From contig CM119267.1 of the NCBI GenBank assembly GCA_051294375.1, positions 5,071,869 to 5,127,361 of the forward strand: a stretch of 55,493 nucleotides of DNA, written 5' to 3'. Under the pieces are notes generated by a model. The model ran no database searches and was not told where the DNA came from. It worked only from the letters and a program-made list of their open reading frames with translations. This document shows, in pieces, positions 12,819-25,819 of the stretch (positions are counted from its first letter, which is position 1; the number at the start of each line of letters is the position of its first letter). A program made the translations under genes and the position numbers. Source of the DNA: Paraspadella gotoi. Lineage: Eukaryota > Animalia > Chaetognatha.

Positions 12819-15763
12819 TTTTTTTTTTCCTTTTTAGTTCCTTATAAGTCAATTTTCGGTTGGTCGGTCGGTCCGTCGGTCTGTCCCACTTCCGTAAAAA
12901 ATGCTCGATGCTCATTTGTCAAGAAGAGAAAATCCTCAAATTTAAGTGACTACTCGCTCCGCCTTCAGAAAATCCTAAAACTATAAAAAAACAAAAGACG
13001 GAATTCCGATGCAGTGCGTGGGCTAAAAAGTTATAGTAGTCTTGATATGTCATTTCATGTCATATCATGTCATGTCATGTCACGAAAAATACACGTGATA
13101 AGGCAGTCACTGCGGCGCAACACAATTCAATTACCGTTCTTGTTTTTTTCTTTCTTCCTCATTATATTTTTTTTGTTAGTAATCCTTCGACTTTGTCTAT
13201 GATCAGTTTCTTTTCTTTTCTTCCTTCCTTTCTTTTTCTCCTTTCCTTTCTCTTTTCTTTTTCACCTCCCTTTCCCTCCCTTTTTCTTTTTTTTTTTCGG
13301 CGCGAAACACGAAGGGAAATCATTTGTTTCGCGTCGCAGACGACAGAGAAAGAAAAGAGAGGAAAAAAGAAAAGAAGAAAAGAAAAGAAGAAAAGAAGAA
13401 AAGAAAAAAAAAGACGGTAGGAGTTTATGGAAACATCGGGAGAGACGATGGAAGAGGCGTGGCGGACCTCTCCGGTACGTGCAGGGTCACACAAAAGNNN
13501 NNNNNNNNNNNNNNNNNNNNNNNNNNNNNNNNNNNNNNNNNNNNNNNNNNNNNNNNNNNNNNNNNNNNNNNNNNNNNNNNNNNNNNNNNNNNNNNNNNNN
13601 NNNNNNNNNNNNNNNNNNNNNNNNNNNNNNNNNNNNNNNNNNNNNNNNNNNNNNNNNNNNNNNNNNNNNNNNNNNNNNNNNNNNNNNNNNNNNNNNNNNN
13701 NNNNNNNNNNNNNNNNNNNNNNNNNNNNNNNNNNNNNNNNNNNNNNNNNNNNNNNNNNNNNNNNNNNNNNNNNNNNNNNNNNNNNNNNNNNNNNNNNNNN
13801 NNNNNNNNNNNNNNNNNNNNNNNNNNNNNNNNNNNNNNNNNNNNNNNNNNNNNNNNNNNNNNNNNNNNNNNNNNNNNNNNNNNNNNNNNNNNNNNNNNNN
13901 CGAAAGGAACTGGTCTCCCAGGTCTCTCATCGCGCCTTCTCTTTTCACTCAAAGTGAGTTCGTCCGAGAGAAAACCTTACCCTAACCCACCTTCTCTCTT
14001 CAACCCTTCTCATTGCAACCACCCCCCCCCTCCACTCAATACAGTTCGACCTCTCTTCTTGCAAAATTGCCTCCAACGCCCTCTCGCCACTCATCACATC
14101 TCATCTCACACGCGTTGCAATAAAGACGCTGGCACTTTTGCTTTTTTACGCCGATAAGAATTCTCTCTTCTCGAACGGGGCCCGTCTCTCCCCCCTCCCA
14201 AAATAGCCTCGGTCTAATTTTATTAGTCCTCGGCTCGATTGGATCGTCCAACGGGTTACCTGGCATCGTCCATGAATAAACCTACCTTGGGATGTTTCCT
14301 CAAACCTACCTTTTCGGTGAATTCATCTCGAAACTTAAAGCACGTGATTTTTTAGGCGAAATTCACTCGTTCGCTCAAAAATTGTGATTTTGATTTAAAT
14401 TTCAAATACTACATATAAAAATAAATTAACTCCCATCCAACAACCTAATTCCAACTCCACCCCAGACCCACAGACTCCACCACCCCTACCCACCCTCAAC
14501 CCTCCTAAAAGTGGCGGCGTTNNNNNNNNNNNNNNNNNNNNNNNNNNNNNNNNNNNNNNNNNNNNNNNNNNNNNNNNNNNNNNNNNNNNNNNNNNNNNNN
14601 NNNNNNNNNNNNNNNNNNNNNNNNNNNNNNNNNNNNNNNNNNNNNNNNNNNNNNNNNNNNNNNNNNNNNNNNNNNNNNNNNNNNNNNNNNNNNNNNNNNN
14701 NNNNNNNNNNNNNNNNNNNNNNNNNNNNNNNNNNNNNNNNNNNNNNNNNNNNNNNTCTCTCTCTTTCTCCTTTTATTTTTTTCTTTCCTCTAGCTCTCTC
14801 TTCATCTTTCAATACATTTAATTTTTTTTAATCATGCTCTTTCTTTTTCTTTCTTTTTTTTTCTAACTCGATCACGGACAAACAAGCACAGACATGTACA
14901 TATTATTTCAAACTCACTCATTTACGAAATGCCTAACTTTTAAATAAGTACAAAACCATCGGTTTTAAAACGTATTTACTATTTAGTATTTAGACTTATA
15001 ACAACGACAAACGAGTCCGTGAGTCCGATAATACAACCGATCCACGAACGGACAGACCGACAAAAAGTTTTTCCTCGGAAAACAGAAAAAAAAAGATTGA
15101 AGAATGAATGAATGAATGAATGAATGAATGAATGAATGAATGAATGAATGAATGAATGAATGAATGAATGAATGAATGAATGAGTTGAATGAATGTGAAG
15201 GATGAAAGAGAATCATGCGTGGACATTGGTCACTTTATCGTCGTCGTCGTCGTCATCGTCGTCGTAGTGTCCTTTGTCGCCCGCATCGTGAGAAAACAAT
15301 TTCGGCGGCGCCTTTGATGTTTTCCGGTAAAATATGATGGCTCGGGTNNNNNNNNNNNNNNNNNNNNNNNNNNNNNNNNNNNNNNNNNNNNNNNNNNNNN
15401 NNNNNNNNNNNNNNNNNNNNNNNNNNNNNNNNNNNNNNNNNNNNNNNNNNNNNNNNNNNNNNNNNNNNNNNNNNNNNNNNNNNNNNNNNNNNNNNNNNNN
15501 NNNNNNNNNNNNNNNNNNNNNNNNNNNNNNNNNNNNNNNNNNNNNNNNNNNNNNNNNNNNNNNNNNNNNNNNNNNNNNNNNNNNNNNNNNNNNNNNNNNN
15601 NNNNNNNNNNNNNNNNNNNNNNNNNNNNNNNNNNNNNNNNNNNNNNNNNNNNNNNNNNNNNNNNNNNNNNNNNTATGTTAGATTTTGATTATGTTAGATT
15701 TGAATTTCTTATTTAGGGTTAGATACAAAGACAGGGACACCGAATAAAAGAGAGAGAGAGAGA
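12819..15763. repeat. Second, gapped copy of 9050-12190
   Basis: Same sequence order. Internal N gaps 13498-13900, 14522-14755 and 15348-15673 correspond to sequence present in the first copy. Confidence 0.93.
15102..15195. repeat. (TGAA)n microsatellite
   Basis: About 20 perfect units. A noisy counterpart lies at 11423-11510. Confidence 0.95.
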
Positions 15764-15788
15764 NNNNNNNNNNNNNNNNNNNNNNNNN

Positions 15789-15995
15789 CTCTCTCTCTCT
15801 CTCTCTCTTTTATTGGTGTCCTGTCTTTGTATCTAACCCTAAATAAGAAATTCAAAATTAACATAATCAAAATCTACATAATATAATCTAATTTTTGGCT
15901 CAGAGCGTCCGGGTTTTGCGTCGACGACAGCGATCCCGTTGGAGCGACGTTCCGCTGGTCGCAATCTTCGCGTTTTTCCATCGTTTTTATCGCGA
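15789..15995 (-). repeat. Inverted copy of ~11950-12190 / 15674-15763 (fold-back around a 25-N gap)
   Basis: cttttattggtgtcctgtctttgtatctaaccctaaataagaaattcaaa is the reverse complement of tttgaatttcttatttagggttagatacaaagacagggacaccgaataaaag just left of gap 15764-15788. Confidence 0.92.
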
Positions 15996-15997
15996 CG

Positions 15998-16539
15998 ATT
16001 CTCTATACAAGCTTCAGTGTGGGGATTGGTGGGTCCGGAGAAGAGCGGGAGTTTGACCTGGAGTCTCTCTATACAAGCTTCTCATGTAGGCGATTGGTGG
16101 TCCGGAGAAGAGCGGAGTTTAACCTGGAGGTCTCTCTATACAAGCTTTTCTCATGTAGGGATTGGTGGTTCGGAGAAGAGCGGGAGTTTAACCTGGGGTC
16201 TCTCTATACAAGCTTCTCAGTGTAGGCGATTGGTGGGTCCGGAGAAGAGCGGGAGTTTAACCGGAGGTCTTCTATACAAGCTTTCTCATGTAGGCGATTG
16301 TGGGTCGGAGAAAGCGGAGTTTAACCTGGAGGTCTCTCTATACAAGCTTTCTCAGTGTAGGCGATTGTGGGTCCGGAGAAGAGCGGAGTTTAACACTGGA
16401 GTCTCTCTATACAAGGCTTTCTCAGTGTAAGCGATTGGTGGCCCTCCGGAGAAATCGGCGGGAGTTTAACCTGGAGGTCTCTCTATACAGCTTTTCTCAG
16501 TGTAGGCGATTGGTGGGTCCGGAGAAGAGCGGGAGTTTA
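15998..16539. repeat. ~67-70-bp GC-balanced minisatellite, 8 units
   Basis: Unit ~TCTCTATACAAGCTTTCTCAGTGTAGGCGATTGGTGGGTCCGGAGAAGAGCGGGAGTTTAACCTGGAGG starts near 16001, 16067, 16134, 16202, 16270, 16336, 16405 and 16480. Confidence 0.95.
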
Positions 16540-16933
16540 GAGAGAGAGAGAGAATCGTGCCCGGCCGAGTAGCGGAAGAAGCGAACGATTGTGTGCGGCA
16601 CAAAAAAATCGGGACAAGAGAAAAAGGAAAAAGAAGTAATTATCTAATGTTTATTTAAAGAGAAGCCAAACACTGGATTTAATCAACCGAATTTTTTTTT
16701 CGTTTTTTTTTTAATTAAAAAATAGAATGGAAATTAAAAAAAATGGCGGGAAGGAAATCAGAACATAAAAGTGAAAAATAGGAAAATAAAAAGCATAAAG
16801 AAAAAAAAGGATGAAAAATGATGAAAAAAGAAAGGAGAAAAAAAAGGATTAAGGAAAAGTATTTTGGAAAAAAGGAAAGAAACCTTGTTGGACAAAAACA
16901 GGAGGAAAAAAAAGAAAGGTAAGAGGGTGAGAG

Positions 16934-16979
<46 letters not shown>

Positions 16980-16988
16980 AGAGAGAGA

Positions 16989-17955
16989 AAGTTAAAACCA
17001 TCGCAAAACACACGGGACTGATGAGTGAAAGGCCTTATGTGAAATGAAGAGAGCGTAAATTGAAAAGAACGGAAAAATGATTTTAGAAAATAGAAGAAAG
17101 AGAAAGAAACAAAAGAAAAGAAAAGAAAGAAAAGAAAAGAAAAGAAAAGAAAGAAAGAAAAGAAAAGAAAAAGAAAAAAAAAGAAAAGAAAAGAAAAAAA
17201 AAATAAAAGAAAAAGAAAAGAAAAGAAAGAGAGTATTGAGAGAAGAGATGCTTGGAAAGAAAGAACGAAAGATAAGAAGAGGTTATTGAGAGAAGAGAAG
17301 TTTGGAATGAAAAAGAAAAGAAAATCGAGGACGCGAACAGAGAAAGATAAAGCGTTTTCTTTTTTTTTTCTTTATTTTCACGCGTTTAATTTCAATTTTT
17401 TTATCATTTGTTTATCTTCTTTTATCTCCATTTTATTTTTCTTATTTGTTATTTCCCTTTGTTGCTCTTTCATCTTGCATCATTTTCGTCTCAAATTAAA
17501 AAAATTGTTTCCTTGAATTTTCTCTTCATTTTTTATCTCGTTCGATCGGCGAATCTTAATAAAAATATAGTAACGAAGAAAGAACGATGATATAAAGAAA
17601 AAGAAAGAAGAAATTGGAAAGTAAAGGAAAGGAAGTATGAAGATGAGATTAAAATAAAAATCGAAAAAAGAAAGAAAAAGAGAAAAAGAAAAGAAGAAAA
17701 GAAAAAACGTTTTAAAATAAGTTAAAGTGTAGAAAGGAAAATACGAGAATCCTTTCTGTCTTGATAAGAATCTGGAAAAAAAACCCTTTGAAAAACTCCA
17801 ACTTATAAAACGACCGCGAAGAGAGAAGAGAGTCTACTCACTGACACACACACAATAAAAAAACAACCTGTCGTTTGTCGATGGCAAAAACGCATCTTCT
17901 TTTTCCTCCGATCGCGGCCGTTCACCGCCATTCAACTTAGCCAATCGTGAAGGTT
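16989..17955. repeat. ~1-kb segment repeated at 26509-27505; its last ~350 bp repeated again at 33971-34352
   Basis: Shared start aagttaaaaccatcgcaaaa and shared end cgttcaccgccattcaacttagccaatcg. Confidence 0.92.
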
Positions 17956-18022
17956 TTGTTCATACTATAAAAATCCTCCTTTTCTCTCCGTAATTGGTTT
18001 TCAGTTTGAAAATAAACAAAGT

Positions 18023-18086
<64 letters not shown>

Positions 18087-18157
18087 TAGAGAGTAAGTAA
18101 ACTTCATCGGTTTTTCTCACTCCTCATTCTCTCTCTCTTCTCTCTCTCTCCTCTCTC

Positions 18158-18205
<48 letters not shown>

Positions 18206-18557
18206 CTCTCTTCCTTTTCCCTCCTTTTTTTTTTCCCCTCCCTTCCTTTTCCTTTTCTCTCTTCGCCAAACAATCGCGGAAATTTTAGTTCTTTCTCTAT
18301 CTTTTTTTTTTTCAAACGATATTTATCATGCGCATAAAACGTCGCATATCTGCAGGAGAGCAGCAACGAGGACAACAACGACAACAACAACAACGAAATA
18401 CGGATGATAGAAAAAAAATGGCAGCGAAAATTGGGAGAGGAGAAAAAAAGAGGAATGAAAAAAAAATTAAAAAATTAAGATCGATAAATGTATTTTTGTT
18501 ATTTAATTTTATCTCTTTCGCGCCAAATCCTTTTCAAAAACATATAAACAGGGCTGG

Positions 18558-18618
<61 letters not shown>

Positions 18619-21072
18619 ACCCGAGGTCTACACCAGCAAGGCGCGGACCCTAAAGGTTACTCGTTACCATAATCAGTAAGCGGAGCCAAAATTTGAACAC
18701 TTTTATAACTTTAATTACTCAAAAAAATTTCCTTTTTTCCTTCTATACTAAACATTTTCAATGCAAACTTGTTGGAATTACGTTCATTGGGTGTCTGCAC
18801 TGAAGCCTTTTAAATATTATATAAATATAACAAATGACAAAAATTTTTTTAAAAAAGTAGTTTTTAAGAACGGATGTCCTATAAGCTTTGAAAAGTTAAA
18901 TGAATTAGTACTACAATTATTTTAAAATTTTGACAAGAAATTGCGTTTAAAAACAGAAAAAAAACGTTAAAAAATCATCTCATCATCACATGGCTGAATT
19001 TCTAGTTTTTTAAAATTTTTATCAATAAAACAAAAAATTTTTAAAATTTGTATTAATAACCTTTATCTAAACTTTTAAAGCTCTATCAGAAATCATTAAA
19101 AAAATGAAAAATTAAAAAAAAATTTTTAACGAAAAAATATATATTATCAGTAATAAAATAATCTTTAAATGCTCCGTCGCTTATTAATAAGATAATTTTT
19201 TAAAATATTTTTATTCATATTCTACAGTCACTTTATCTATTATTTATGAGAGAACTTCTAGTTTTCAACCTTTCCGGCCTAATAATCAGTCAAAGATCGA
19301 GCAAGCGACGCGAAATGACTCACAAAGAGAAGAGAGAGACGAGAGAGAGAGAAAGAACGAGAGAGAGAGACGAGAGAGATGACAGAGAGAGAGAGAGAGA
19401 GAAGAGAAGACTAGAGAGAGAAGAGAACGTTTTCTGGAGTTAGGAATGGGAAAAAACCCTCGTCTTCGCTTCAGGCCGCTGAATTTTGTTATCCTCGTCA
19501 ATTCCTCATATGTACTACGTACTAGTTATTATTTAGCGTTTAAAGATCCGGTCGAAATATAATCTGGTCGATCTATCAGCACTTTGTAGGTTCATTGGTC
19601 TTTCGATCAGTTCCGGTGTTCAATCAGAAGATACCGCGGTATGTGGCGTTGCCGCTGTTAAAACGTTCCAATTGGAACTGTTGATGCGTACTAAATGGTG
19701 ATAATTATGATTTCTAAATTGCGTCCTTGACAATTGGTTTCTTAATCTTTGCTGACATCGACATAAGTTGTTTAAAATATCGGATGCTACAATATTCGTT
19801 TAAAAAGAGTTTATAAATGTTTTTAAACAAATCAACGCGATATAAATAAATTATTAAAGGATTAATAAATTAAATATTCTCTTTTTAAAATTAAAGCCGA
19901 TTTTTTTTTTAAATTTAAAAAGCAGAATTTCATTTCCCGCCGATTTTTTCGTTTCTAATGATTTTTCGTCTCCGGCGTTGCTCTTTTTTTCTTGTCGACA
20001 TCATTCATATTCCTTTTGTTCAACAAAAACAAGCAACCTGATCTCTTCTCCGCCGCCAAGGTTTGCTTCGGCGTTGTCAATGGCGTTCGTTGTTTATTCA
20101 TAGCGTCTCATTTTTTTTTTTTCGCACCAGGTCATTGACGATAGCGTGTATCGCAAGACGACGTTTGTTCTCGCCACAAAAGATATCAAGCCAAGCAAAT
20201 GTACTGCCCTTTCATTGATGTCGTTTATGTCAGAAGTCTTAAATGTTTCATTTGCACAAAGATATCTTGTCTCTCATTGATTTGTATTTGACGTCATTGA
20301 CGACGCCTTGGCATCTAAGAAATGCGTTTCTCTCGTCTCCAAGTTTTTTTTTTTTTTAAATTTTCGCAAATCTTTTTATACTCTTTCTTGGAAGCTTCTT
20401 TCTACGTCTTTGTTGTTGTTGTTTTGTTCGTTGTAGTGTTCCACTTTCGTTCATTGTTACGTCATCGTCGTTGTTTTTTATCGTCGTCGTCATCACCCGT
20501 CAATAGATAAGTTTGGTTGTTGGAAAAATTTTGTAATTTTAATGTTTTAAATTTTTTTCTAATTAGCCCCATTTCAAATCTTTAACGATTCGATTCATCG
20601 CGTAAAATTATTTTATTCTTGTATAAAAACCAGATTAAAAAACACTGCCGGTGTCAAAATTAAATTCGAACCCAAAAAACTGTAAAAAAAAAATTAATTG
20701 AAACGAGAATAAAAACTAGTAAATCGAATCTGTGATTCCTCGCCCTGCGATATCACCCAAAAAAATTTTGGTTTAAAAAATGTGAAAGTGAGAAAAGAAA
20801 GAAAAAACCCGACAAGAGTGCGATGGACGAAATACATTTCTCATTAGAATTCATTCAAAAGTCTCGACTCTCAGATCCTTTTCTTTTCCTTAGTTTCTTA
20901 CTCTTTCCTTTTTTTTTTCTTTCCTTATCTTTCTTTTTCTCTTCGACCGGCTTTGTTTTTCTTCGTGTAGCCACAAAACACGAGAAAGAGGTCGCGCCGG
21001 TCAGTCGGGAGACCCGCTTATCAATCATTGAAACGCTAATCTCTCTCTCTCTCCTCTGCTTCTCTCTTCTCT

Positions 21073-21122
<50 letters not shown>

Positions 21123-22783
21123 CTCCTGAATGCAAATCATCTTTTCCATAAATTTTTTCGCTCGAGCGATCATCAAAATTAAACGATTTTTCCTCGTGGA
21201 TTTTCGATCCTTGTTCTTCTCTGCCTCGATCCCCGCTTTTTCTTCGCCCTTATCTCTGCCCTAGTCCCTGCCCTAGTCCTGCCCTAGTCCTGCCCTTATC
21301 TCTGCCCTGCGTCCCTGCCTTATCTACGCCCTGCCGTCCCGCCTACTCCTAGCCCTAGTCCCTGGCCCTTATCTCTGCCCATGTCCCTGCAACTGCTTGC
21401 AATATTTCTATTACTATTTGACTCTCGTTACTTAACATCTATTCGCCATTAGTAAATGATATTGTCCTTTTTTTAAATCATTTATTATTATTTTGTCTGT
21501 ACGTATCTCTCAGTTCTAATAGCTATCATTTTTTTAAAGCATATTTTTTAACTCAGAAACTAATCTTTTGTTTTGAGTTAAAGTGATCTCTTACAATTCT
21601 CCCCTATAGTGTTCTTTATATAAATACTAAATATCACATTTAATAATTTCTTGACTTTTACTTTCTGCTTTTCTACAATATAAAAACATTTATCCTTACA
21701 TCATGTCATTCCCCCTGGCGGCCATCTGTCTCTCAATTCAATTAGAAATCCTCTCATTCCCTCGTTTACTCTCACACCACTCACACACTCACTCCGCATT
21801 CGTCCTCAACTTTTTTTCACAATCCTTTCTCATTATTCATTTCACTCCAAGGTTTTTTCTCCGCCTTTAATTCATTTTCTCTCTTTTTTTGTATTCTTTG
21901 TGAAATGTCAGTGTTTTTTTCACATTGTCTCCTTGACTCGTTTTCATTTTTTCTGTCAGTGCTATTCGAATACTTTTGTCATCTTACTAGTAATGAACTT
22001 CAAACTTATTAAAAGAATATCATGTACTACCATCAACTTTCATTAAACAAGCCCCATTAGATGAAGATGATATAATCTAGGGGACATTGAGATGCGTATC
22101 AATACATGTGCGACTGAATATTTATTATGAAATTGGTACATGCATATTAAAATTAATCCATTCATTCAATAAATATGATATTCGCCAAAAGATTTTGATT
22201 TCAAAATTGACGGAAAGAAACAAGATTTCCGTTGAGTCAAACTGACGACCATTCGCCGATGACCGACCGACCACCTAGAACCCGATACACTTTAAAAGTC
22301 TTTATCAGTTTTTAGTCGCGACTGGAAAATCCAGAGAAGGCAATCGATAAACACGCTGAGAAAACGTGAGGACTGAATTATTATTGTTTAATCGAGTTGA
22401 TGTCCGACAGAGAGAGGGATTGCATGACGATAATTGGAAAAAGATAATTGGTTCATCTAATCTAATCGAGACAAGTGGCAGAGCTCAGGGGGGGGAATAC
22501 TGCAGAAATACTATAAAACGTCTATATAAACAATAAAATAATAGAAAGTTTTCCATAGAGTGATTGGACAAACGCCCCAATTATATATTGTCATCAGAGT
22601 TAAATTTCGACCGGGAGTACTCAAAACCAAACTGCTCGCCGCACACCTCCGTAGCGGATATCATACCTATTAGAATTTAGGCTATAAAAAAATACAAAAA
22701 CAATAAAAGACAATAAAAGCATCGACGTCCAAGGCGAAGAGCAAAAGAAATTAAGACGCATAAGTCACCTCGGCATCCACCAA

Positions 22784-24518
22784 TCAAATGTCTAATCTCG
22801 AATCCGTAAAAACGACTTCGAACCGTCAGCTCGAATCCAACTCTTCCGTCGGGATCCTCAAACATTTTCTCCCTGTCGAGCGACGGCGGCGGCAGCACCT
22901 GCAGCATATCAAACGCCCCGTCGAACCTGCCGGAGGATTTTCTCGGCAAGACGTACAAGCGGAATTGCGTGAGGGAGAATTCGCCGTATAGAAATCGGTG
23001 ATTAGGCGGACGGCTCGAGTTGAAAGCCCATGCCTGAGCGAGAAAAGTGGTGAATTGAATTGATTGATGATTGATTGATTGAGATTCATTTATTGATTGA
23101 TGATTGCATGATTAGCGATGTTGTGTCTCATCTGAATAAAATCTATCATCCTTCCAAACGCTCCATTACAATGTCTAAAATAACTAGACCTCTGCTCGTG
23201 CAAAACACAAAGTAAGTCTTCAACTCTTCGACGTCGTTATCGTCCGCCTCCCCTTATCCATCGACGCCGACGCCGCCATCTATCCCGTTTCTCCAACGCC
23301 GAACCAAAACAGGTCGGCGTTATTGTGTCCGCCTGTCATGGCGTTCCAACTCGTCCGCATGAAAATCTAGCATTCGACCCGAAAAAAAGAAGGTTCCGCT
23401 CGGACGCCAGGCGTTGTTGACAGGCGGTGCTGACAAGAGACGTCGCCAGGCCGTCGCGGCGAAAGAAATACGGGGGAGAGAATTCGACCGCCGACGCTTT
23501 GTTTTGTCGTTTGTCATCATCCGACTCGTTTTGAGGAAACGTTTGCTTCGAATTTGACACATCATAGTTTGCTCTTGCGGAACAAACAGAAAAACATTAT
23601 TATCCTAAATTAAATATATCTATAATCTATAATCATAAACAATATCGGGTTTTCTTTCTATACTTTGTTCGTATGTAATCCAAATTACTTTAATAAGTTC
23701 AATATAGATTCATATTCGATTATTCACGTTATATATTAAACGCAACAGGTTGTAACCTTTAAATATATAGAAGTCATCTTGCATCAAGACTCGCTGAATT
23801 TCTGCCAATCGCTCAACGTCGCTCGTTCTCCCTGTGTGAGAACGTTCATCCTCTTCGGTTCTCAGGTTCGGTCTTTCTCCTTCATATTTCTCAAACTCGG
23901 CTTTTGAAGCAATTTAAATATCCGCGATTCCAATGATGTTCGATTTAAAAAGCATTTATATTATGATATTAACACAAATGCTTTAGATGTCAAGCACACA
24001 ATTGGATGAATAAACTCCCGAGTCTAAAGATCCAATGCATGAAAATGCGGTAGCACCTCAATGGAATTAATCAATCAATCAATCATTCAGTCAATCAATC
24101 ATTCAGTCAATTACCTGTATCCGGGTCTGACGCGCCGCGAAGAGTTAAGAGTCTCTTCCCTCCCATCGTTACTTGGCAACCGAGGAAGCCAACGATGAGA
24201 TTGTTCGAGTAGGACAAAAGGCGGTCGTGGTCGGCCTGCGTGATTATTATTATCATTAATCTTAATTAATTTTTAATTGAACGTAGGATACATTAATTGA
24301 TTGATTCTTTGCATCAATTTTTTTTTTCGTCGGTTCCAGTAATATTTAGCAAACAGTAAATAATAATTTACTTTGTTGCTGTTTGTCGATTCCCAACCTG
24401 ATTGACGAGCCTCTTGAATTCGACGTAAAGATGTCGATGCCTCCGTAGAGATTCTCGTCGACCGTGATCTCATCACGCTTCAAGTCTTCCATCGACGACC
24501 CGACGAATTGTGCGACAT
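22784..24518 (-). CDS. NAT16-like: NAT16/histidine N-acetyltransferase-like GNAT, copy A (5 exons, many small indels)
   Basis: Same exons as copy C (ATG 24518, exon 2 at 24115-24235, stop 22784). Exon 2 gives ..NNLIVGFLGCQV.. and, in the terminal frame, RVRPGYR. The frameshifts look like long-read errors, though a pseudogene is not excluded. Confidence 0.75.
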
Positions 24519-24581
24519 TTAATCGTCGTCGGTCGTTCTCTTTTCTTATTTATGTAAATGGCTCAATGGTCATGTTTTAGT

Positions 24582-24596
24582 CAGGGCGGGGCGGCG
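24582..24596 (-). promoter_or_regulatory. GC-box (GGGCGGGGCGG) ~65 bp upstream of the NAT16-like start codon
   Basis: Sp/KLF-type motif within a short GC-rich patch 5' of the ATG, also present in copies B and C. Position-based inference only. Confidence 0.3.
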
Positions 24597-25669
24597 AGAG
24601 AAATGGCGGCCCCTTCCACTGGCCCCCTTGGCCGGGTCTCACCCTTCCCCCCCGCTCTCTATAATATTAGTTTTTAGTTTTGGATTACCGCTTTCTGCAC
24701 TTGAGAATTTCTCCAATAATCAAACTTTGAAAATTGCTCCAGTCCTCGAACTTCTCTTAATTGCCCCCCCTCTTCGCGCTGCCCCTGGTTTTAGGAACCA
24801 GCGGTCACAAGGAATCCAAGTCGTTTAAGCTCAATTAGATAAATGTTTTAAAGAAAAACAAAGTTTAATTGTTTACAAACAACGTTTTTTTATTTAAAAA
24901 AAAAGGACATGTTTCGACTCGACTTAATTTCGAACTCTTTACTCGACAAATAAGAGTCGAAAATGTCCACGACGACGACGACGACTACGTGCGGCTTCAC
25001 TGTCTTCATTAAAGGGGATCTTTGTTGACACCTTTGTGACACCAGGATGTTTTTTTTGGTGATTAGATGACAAAAAAATATTTTTTCGTTCGAACTGTGT
25101 ATTATAACATCGCAGTTGTTCATTTTTAAATAAGTTTTTAAGAAAAAAAGTTTTAAGTCCAAAAACCTCTCCAGAATTATATTATAGGAACTCGTAGAAA
25201 ATATAAAAGTTTAGATTATAAACCGTGTTTGCGAATCAATTAACGGGCCAAATAGCGCATGAAACTTTTTTAGGTACAGAATAAATCCGATTTTGTCAAA
25301 AAAAAAAATTTGCAAAATTTATATCGTGCTCTTAATGAAATTATTAAAAAAAAAAAAACCTTAACGCAGACAACGAATCAAAAGGAAAGATTAAATCGGT
25401 TTTCCTCTTCAAAAAGTCGCCAATCAAATTGATAACAAAATCTGGCAGTCACGTGATTAGTTGCCCAGACTGAAACAAGAAAGAAAAGGATGAGTCGAGG
25501 AATTCCAGAGGGTTGCTTCGTACAACGATTTCCACTGTGGAATGTGAAATCGTTTTCCTTTATCCGGAGCCTCTATAATTTGATTGTTTAAAAAAAATAT
25601 ATAAAGATAATTTAAAATAGAATATAATTTCCGTTATTCTATAATCTATTTCTATAAGAGAATATAATG

Positions 25670-25700
<31 letters not shown>

Positions 25701-25819
25701 GACTCTCGTCTCTCTCTCTCTCTCTCTCTCTCTATTGATTCTCCTGGTGCTCTGAATCAACACCCGAACTTTCAACTCTTCCCGCTTCGTTTTTCATCTT
25801 CGCTTTCATTCTTCCTCAC

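Noticed and set aside
15998-16539. CRISPR array
   Set aside because: Whole units repeat with no unique spacers, there are no cas genes, and the context is eukaryotic. The same applies to the 32-bp array at 437-850.
17018-17045. Hammerhead ribozyme (CTGATGAG...GAAA; also ~26538)
   Set aside because: No closing stem II before a CGAAA, and no stems I/III could be formed in either copy.
22826-23089. Cys-rich zinc-finger-like ORF (CTSC...CCRCC)
   Set aside because: Largely an out-of-frame reading of NAT16-like exon 5 caused by indels. Copy C gives the correct frame.
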